Shown in pieces: positions 54,421 to 59,568 of a DNA stretch of 59,568 bases (the first letter of the stretch is position 1; the number at the start of each line of letters is the position of its first letter). The translations under genes and the position numbers were made by a program. A model generated the notes under the pieces. That model ran no database searches and was not told the origin of the DNA. It saw only the letters and a list, made by a program, of their open reading frames with translations. Source of the stretch: Vicinamibacterales bacterium (GTDB lineage: Bacteria > Acidobacteriota > Vicinamibacteria > Vicinamibacterales > CAVVIG01); NCBI GenBank assembly GCA_035510155.1, contig DATKHR010000076.1, positions 1 through 59,568 on the forward strand, written 5' to 3'.

Positions 54421-56189
54421 GCGACCGCCTCCTTCAACGACTTCCCCGGGCCGGCGACTCGCTTCATGACGAGCGTCGGGCCCGCGACGAGCACGTCGAT
54501 TCCGCAGCGTCGAAACGTCAAGTACCCCTCGAGCGCGTGATTTACGATCGGCTCGCCGGCGACATTGAATGATGTGTTGAGCAGAACTGGGACGCCAGTC
54601 CGGCTGCCGTACTCTTCGAGGAGCGCGTACAACCGCGGAGCCATGTCACGCTCGAGCACCTGCACTCGGGCAGAGCCGTCGACATGCGTGACCGCTGCGA
54701 GCCTCTCGCGCCATTCGGGCCGCACGGGAAACACGCCCGACATGAATCGAGCCAGCCGTGCTCCCCCGGCCGGCAGCTCGAAGAAGCGATCTGCCGACTC
54801 CATGGTCGTCACGGGTGCGAACGGCCGAAATTCTTCGCGGTGCTTGATATCGCGATTGAGCCGGTCGCGAATCTCTCGGGCGTGCGGCGCCGCGAGAATG
54901 CTGCGATGGCCGAGGGCGCGCGGCCCGAACTCGGAGGCGCCGTCCATCCACCCGACGATCCGACCAGTTATCAGTTCGTCGGCGATCCGTTCGATGAGCG
55001 CACTTTCGTCAAGCTCCTCGACGGCTTGCCCATCCTCGCGAGCCGCATGGGCCAGTTCCCGCGCATCCACGGTGGGCCCCCAGAAGGCATGGTCCGGAAC
55101 CTCGCGATCCGGCTGCTGAAAGTACAGGCGATCGGTGTACAGTGCCGCGCCCAGGGCACATCCGGCATCGCCCGGGGCCGATGGAACAAACACGCGCTCG
55201 AACCCGGACTCCGCCAGGATGCGCGCATTGGCGACGCCATTCAGGGCCACTCCGCCGCCAAAACACAGATCGGCCAAACCGGTTTCTCGATGCAGCCCGC
55301 GCGTGATGTCCACCAACGTTTCTTCAAGCACCTGCTGCACGCTCGCAGCGCAATCAGCGTAGCGCCGGCCTTCCGGGCTCTCTAGATCGATGGGGTCGTA
55401 CGGATTGCGAGCAGGCCCAAACAAGTCGATGAATCGCGACGAATATGACTGCCGTGCCGTGGTGTGGTACTCGAAGTAATCGGGCACGATGACAAATGCG
55501 CCATCCGACGTCCGACGAATCAGTCTACGCACCTTATCGCTCATGGTCGCGCGACCATAGGCGGCCAGCCCCATGACCTTGTACTCGTCTTCGTTCACGG
55601 CGAACCCAAGATACGCGGTGAACGTCGAATACAACATCCCGAGCGAGTGCGGATATCTGATCTCCCGAAGAAGGGTGATGTCGGAACGGCCGTCGGGGCG
55701 ACGCTCCCCGTGCCCAATCGTCAGCGTCGCCCATTCGCCCACACCGTCGGCGGTAAGGATTGCAGCCCGCCGTGTCGGCGCCGTAAAGAAGGCGACAGCT
55801 GCGTGCGCTGCATGGTGGTCGGTGAAGAACACCTTGTTTCCTGGCACACCGAGCTGCGATGAAATGATCCCGCGAATCCACACTTTCTCACCGAGCGAAT
55901 TCTTGATGGCCTGTGGAAACGATCGCCACGAGTGCGGGAAGGCCCGCAACGCGCAGGTGAGAATTCGCTCGAACTTCAACATGCTGCGTTCGTAGAAAAC
56001 AACCGCATCGAGATCGGACGGTGCCAGCGCCGCGCGCCCCAGACACCATTCGATGGCACCGATGGGGAACGAGCTGTCGTGCTTGTGCCGCGACAACCGC
56101 TCCTCCTGCACGGCACAAACCGGCACGCCATCGACGAGCAACGCTGCCGCCGAATCATGGTAGTGCGCGGAAATACCCAGTATCTTCAT
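54417..56189 (-). CDS. NodU/CmcH-family carbamoyltransferase
   Basis: 590 aa. MKILGISAHYHDSAAALLVDG...VQEERLSR is the typical family N-terminus. Confidence 0.9.
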   Translation of the reverse strand: MKILGISAHYHDSAAALLVDGVPVCAVQEERLSRHKHDSSFPIGAIEWCLGRAALAPSDLDAVVFYERSMLKFERILTCALRAFPHSWRSFPQAIKNSLGEKVWIRGIISSQLGVPGNKVFFTDHHAAHAAVAFFTAPTRRAAILTADGVGEWATLTIGHGERRPDGRSDITLLREIRYPHSLGMLYSTFTAYLGFAVNEDEYKVMGLAAYGRATMSDKVRRLIRRTSDGAFVIVPDYFEYHTTARQSYSSRFIDLFGPARNPYDPIDLESPEGRRYADCAASVQQVLEETLVDITRGLHRETGLADLCFGGGVALNGVANARILAESGFERVFVPSAPGDAGCALGAALYTDRLYFQQPDREVPDHAFWGPTVDARELAHAAREDGQAVEELDESALIERIADELITGRIVGWMDGASEFGPRALGHRSILAAPHAREIRDRLNRDIKHREEFRPFAPVTTMESADRFFELPAGGARLARFMSGVFPVRPEWRERLAAVTHVDGSARVQVLERDMAPRLYALLEEYGSRTGVPVLLNTSFNVAGEPIVNHALEGYLTFRRCGIDVLVAGPTLVMKRVAGPGKSLKEAVA

Positions 56190-56341
56190 CGCTCAGTCTC
56201 ACTCGTCGATCATCTCGCCCTTCATGCCCGTTCTGGATGCCGCAACGCAGCAGGAACGCGCAGCTCCCGGACCAGGTTGCAACGTACGCTGTGCGCTTGA
56301 TCGATCGCCCCTGCTGAAGGCGTCGCACATAGCCCCTCTCG

Positions 56342-57088
56342 TCAGTACTGGCTGGTCGGCGATGCGTTGCGCCCCTGCACAATCCTCGTCCACCCGCCAA
56401 CTTCGCGCCGCTCAGCCCGTTTCGCGAACCATGCAAACGGCGGAAGCAGGATGAAGTACTGCAGGAGAAGCATGCCGCTGCTCATGCTGCCCGCGAGCGC
56501 CGCGGCCACGCGTACGTACCGCTTCCAGAGGCGACTGCCGCGTGCCCGCCAGACCTGACGACGGTGTGAGTGCGGCGAGACTCGTGTCAGCTGGGTATAG
56601 GTGTAATTCATGTGAAACACTTCGTCGCGCAGGATCTCTTCGAAGATCTTACGAGTTGCAGGATCATCGTCGACGAGCTCGCGATAGATCGTGAAGCGCC
56701 CCGCTGCGGCCTTTTCCGCCACATGCAGGAACGCCAGCAGGCGATGATCGGGCTCTCCATCGATGCGTAAGTCATCGAGCCCATGGCCACCCGGCAGGGG
56801 CGTGCCGTTGAACAGACCGCTGCGAGCAGGGCGTTTCTGAGCCAGCGCGGCGCCGCGCCGACGGAACAGATCGCCGTGCCGCAGCTCGTCGATCGCGTGC
56901 TCAAGGTAGAGCCGCCTGAGGAGGGGATCCGGCGTGTTCTCAGCGGCGCGAAGAATATCGCGGCCACCGTCAGTTTCCACCTCGGCGAACGCCAACAGCT
57001 TGCGCAAGCGTCGATCGACGTTGCCCCACACCCAGCGATGCACCGGTCGCAACGCGCGGTCGATCGGCGAACTCCAGCCGGTCGCCAT
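56342..57088 (-). CDS. Ferritin-like (di-iron ExxH x2) domain protein with C-terminal membrane segment
   Basis: EHAIDELRHG and EEILRDEVFHMNY give two ExxH pairs. A hydrophobic C-terminal helix is present (MLLLQYFILLPPFAWF). Confidence 0.6.
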   Translation of the reverse strand: MATGWSSPIDRALRPVHRWVWGNVDRRLRKLLAFAEVETDGGRDILRAAENTPDPLLRRLYLEHAIDELRHGDLFRRRGAALAQKRPARSGLFNGTPLPGGHGLDDLRIDGEPDHRLLAFLHVAEKAAAGRFTIYRELVDDDPATRKIFEEILRDEVFHMNYTYTQLTRVSPHSHRRQVWRARGSRLWKRYVRVAAALAGSMSSGMLLLQYFILLPPFAWFAKRAERREVGGWTRIVQGRNASPTSQY

Positions 57089-57241
57089 AATCGGGATCCG
57101 GCAAGCATAGTCCGTTCCAGCGATTACGACGCCGGTCGTAGTGTCGTATTCGTCCCGGCTCGATGAGGTTTACCGTTGATGAAAACGATCCAAAAGTCTG
57201 TAACTTTCAGGCGACGCGAGCCGCGGTTTGCGGATCACAGC

Positions 57242-57763
57242 TCAGCGGTCGATTGTGAACGACGCGCTTGACCCGAATCCAGCCGCCGCCCGATCGCCCG
57301 GATCGATGCCTGCCTCCTCCAGAGGCTTCCTGATGAAAGCGCGACCAAACTAGCTTGCTTCGCCGCCGAGGATCCACACATGTGAGTCTGCCGGCTGCTT
57401 GCCGACGAGCCGCGCGACGACGCCAGCAATCCCAATCGAGAACACATCCTCGCCGGCGGTCGTGATCGCCAGCTTCACCAGGCGAGGCTTCGGCGTCGCG
57501 GCGACGAAGGAAAGGGTCTTCGGCGGCGCCTCGGGCGGGGCGTGTTTGAGAACCGTCAGGACGAGACCATTTGCGAGATCCGATGGCAGATCGAGATGTT
57601 CGGAGTCGACCTTTTCATTTCCGTGCTGGTCAGCAGGCGCAATCGTTGGCGCTGCGAGAAGACTGTGGTCTCGTCGAATCATCGCCAAGCATACCGTCAG
57701 GAGCACGACCCTGCTGACGCTTGCTTGCCCGCGTTCATGCACAAGACACTCGTACTCAGACAC
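57242..57763 (-). pseudogene. Hypothetical gene interrupted by an in-frame TAG (57350-57352)
   Basis: 137 codons are followed by TAG and then 35 more in-frame codons (FGRAFIRKPLEEAGIDPGDRAAAGFGSSASFTIDR) with coding-like third positions, up to TGA 57242-57244. Confidence 0.35.
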
Positions 57764-57937
57764 CGTGCCGACGACCGGCGCGTCAGTACGGATCAGATTC
57801 CTCTTCGAGCATGAGCTAGGCCGCTCGAATCAGTTTCAGCGTGTGGTGACAGGCCAGCGTGGGCGCGCGAGCATCAAGGTGGGTTTGGGATCGCTCGGCC
57901 ACGCAGCCGCACAGGCAAATGCCACACCATCTGCGAA

Positions 57938-58417
57938 CTAGTCCTGATTCTCGCCTTGAATCTGTTGCGTCAGATAGCGTTCGTACCCGACCTGCTCAAT
58001 CTGATGGAGCTGAGCTTCGAGGAAATCGACGTGTTCTTCTTCGTCCCTGAGAAGCCGCTCCAACAGCTCCCGCGAAGTGTTGTCGGCAGCGTCGCGCGCG
58101 ACTTTGATGGCCTCGTTGTACATGACTACGGCTCTGAGCTCGAGGTCGAGGTCATTTCGCAGCTGCACCTTGACATCAGCCCCGATCGTCAAGGGTAGCG
58201 GCTCCATCTTCGGCGTGCCGTCGAGGAAGATGATGCGCTCGAGCAATGCTTCGGCGTGTTTCATCTCGCCGATCGATTGCTTCCGGATGAAGGTGCCCAG
58301 CCGGTGATAGCCCCAGTTGTGGCACATCTCGGCGTGCACGAAATACTGGCTGATCGCCGTGAGTTCCTCGCGAAGGCCCTCGTTGAGTTTCGCGATCACG
58401 TGTTTGTTTCCTTGCAT
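57938..58417 (-). CDS. bfr: Bacterioferritin
   Basis: 159 aa. MQGNKHVIAKLNEGLREELTAISQYFVHAEM...GEMKHAE...EEEHVDFLE shows classical Bfr di-iron and heme-Met features. Confidence 0.9.
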   Translation of the reverse strand: MQGNKHVIAKLNEGLREELTAISQYFVHAEMCHNWGYHRLGTFIRKQSIGEMKHAEALLERIIFLDGTPKMEPLPLTIGADVKVQLRNDLDLELRAVVMYNEAIKVARDAADNTSRELLERLLRDEEEHVDFLEAQLHQIEQVGYERYLTQQIQGENQD

Positions 58418-58680
58418 CCCGTCTCCTGTTCATGGAATCGAGCCGACGCGTCGACCATTCCTGCTCAAAGCAATTGAGCGTGATTGTACACGCGGTACCT
58501 GGCTGGGAGGCCAGACACCTCGGGCGCGGCAGGCAAGCATCGGCGGCGGCACAGTAAGCGGCATCCGCGATGCCCCCCTCATAGGAAGACCTCACGCGTC
58601 GAACACCGTCGTCAGCTCGACGCGAAGATCCTGCAGGGCAGCAGTTCTCACATGTGAAACGATTTACACAGGGAAAATGC

Positions 58681-58941
58681 CTAGGCTCCGCTCACGCGTT
58701 CAGTTTTCGCCCCACACTCTTTGCTTCGCCCATTCGGCCGTTGCTGGGAATCGAGTTGCGCTTGAATTTCCGCGATTCGTTGAAACTGCACCAGGAGCTC
58801 TGTCTGGATCCGTTCAATCGTAGCTTCCTGACGAAGTAACAAGTCGCGCACGTCGGCGAAGTCGGTGCCCGTGATCTTCATGCGCTGACTGGAACGGACT
58901 CGGGGCGGACGGCGAACTCGTTTTTTGTCATCGATACCCAA
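58681..58941 (-). CDS. Small coiled-coil protein, unknown function
   Basis: 86 aa, or 66 aa from ATG 58881 (MKITGTDFADVRDLLLRQEATIERIQTELLVQFQRIAEIQAQL...). Codon bias is moderately coding-like. Confidence 0.4.
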   Translation of the reverse strand: MGIDDKKRVRRPPRVRSSQRMKITGTDFADVRDLLLRQEATIERIQTELLVQFQRIAEIQAQLDSQQRPNGRSKECGAKTERVSGA

Positions 58942-58948
58942 TTCCAGT

Positions 58949-59266
58949 TCATGGTCGGTGAGCCCGTGTCGCCAGCACGCTTGCGTCGGCCTGCCGCGAC
59001 CCCTTGACCTCGACGGAATCCCCGGCCTTCAGCGAGGCGCAAGACGTGTCCTTGAATTGGATCGAGGCGTTGGTCTTGACCTGGGTCGAATTGATGCTGA
59101 ACGAGAGCGAATTGGACGCGAATGATCCGCCGATGCTGCCCGCCGCGATCGAACCTTTCAGCTCGACGTCTCCCTCATTCTCGTCGCTGTTCGCACCGTC
59201 GCCCTCGACGCTCGCCGCCAGCACAGACTCATCGTTGGATTGAATCTGTCTCGGTCTGAGGCACAC
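58949..59266 (-). CDS. DUF5666-like beta-domain protein, possibly the 3' part of a frameshifted gene
   Basis: GTG 59266. The C-terminus ...KAGDSVEVKGSRQADASVLAT resembles DUF5666. A signal-anchor ORF (MSERSKRHRVSVAIVIGAVALSLAS, ATG 59409) lies upstream in a different frame. Confidence 0.4.
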   Translation of the reverse strand: MCLRPRQIQSNDESVLAASVEGDGANSDENEGDVELKGSIAAGSIGGSFASNSLSFSINSTQVKTNASIQFKDTSCASLKAGDSVEVKGSRQADASVLATRAHRP

Positions 59267-59568
59267 GCGCGGTAGTCAGACAACGTTCGCACAGGCATAA
59301 TGCGCGCGCTCCTCGATCTTCGACGCGCGGCGGGCGACGCAAGACTGAGCGCCACGGCCCCGATCACGATGGCGACTGAGACCCGATGACGTTTCGACCG
59401 CTCGCTCATCGGCCCATGCTTCTTCCGGATGTTCGGCGGGTAATCATTCAGCAGAATTTCCGGCATCCAAAGGAGTCCAAGAAGCAGTTTCGATCGTGTC
59501 CTGCCCGAACTACGGATCTTCTTTCTCGTTGCCAGACTTCCTGGGACAGTGTTCCCTCGCGTCATCCT

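Noticed and set aside
58418-58680. A bfd-type [2Fe-2S] ferredoxin gene or a Fur box upstream of bfr.
   Set aside because: The only ORF there (58176..58595) overlaps bfr out of frame and lacks the Bfd Cys pattern. No 19-bp GATAATGATAATCATTATC-like palindrome is recognisable.
59414-59568. Plus-strand ORF (MLLPDVRRVIIQQNFRHPKESKK...) running off the window end.
   Set aside because: Third-position bias is weak, no motif is recognisable, and it is truncated by the window edge. Evidence is insufficient.
1-59568. CRISPR arrays, rRNA or tRNA genes, transposases, integrases, prophage genes, and toxin-antitoxin or known defence-system genes.
   Set aside because: None is visible. There are no spaced direct repeats of CRISPR type, no tRNA cloverleaf candidates and no recombinase-like ORFs in any frame.

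Overview
High-GC bacterial chromosomal segment. The gene repertoire and repeat style suggest an Acidobacteriota-like lineage, but that is inference only. I found about 60 protein genes and no rRNA, tRNA, CRISPR array, transposase or integrase. All family calls come from motif recognition by eye, not from database searches. Many long ORFs in the track are antisense or N-terminal shadow ORFs typical of high-GC DNA, so I re-set several starts using 4-nt start/stop overlaps.

Main blocks:
- 1-7.7 kb: housekeeping genes (NamZ-like, LOG, MscS, pyk, O-methyltransferase, amidase) plus a decayed M16 peptidase relic.
- 7.7-15.5 kb: a tightly coupled minus-strand operon asd-lysC-dapB-dapA-dapD-M20(DapE/ArgE-like), ending in a membrane-anchored MutS-related ATPase. 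It is preceded by a candidate leader-peptide attenuator.
- 16-21.7 kb: Zn-ADH, an M16 peptidase pair, Mrp/ApbC and YidD.
- 22-23.4 kb: small zinc-finger proteins and a 14-unit heptanucleotide tandem array.
- 23.4-31 kb: a tricistron of secreted protein, AddB-like nuclease and UvrD/AddA-like helicase. A phased DnaA-box-like array lies on its promoter and a second heptamer array lies inside the helicase N-terminus.
- 31-36 kb: S9 peptidase and a CsgG-like / orphan membrane protein / OmpA-like envelope trio.
- 36-38 kb: ATP-dependent ligase and a stand-alone LigD-type primase-polymerase, with no Ku.
- 39-49 kb: transporters, TetR, DCC and a second LOG.
- 49.5-51.3 kb: beta-propeller proteins.
- 52-56 kb: carbamoyltransferase-DUF5989-methyltransferase-SGNH operon.
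- 56-59.5 kb: ferritin-like protein, bacterioferritin and several damaged or small genes.

The observations I rate most worth follow-up are the Lys/Thr/Met-rich leader peptide with a 1:2/2:3/3:4 attenuator upstream of asd, the dispersed family of degenerate heptanucleotide tandem repeats, and the 11-nt-phased DnaA-box-like array.
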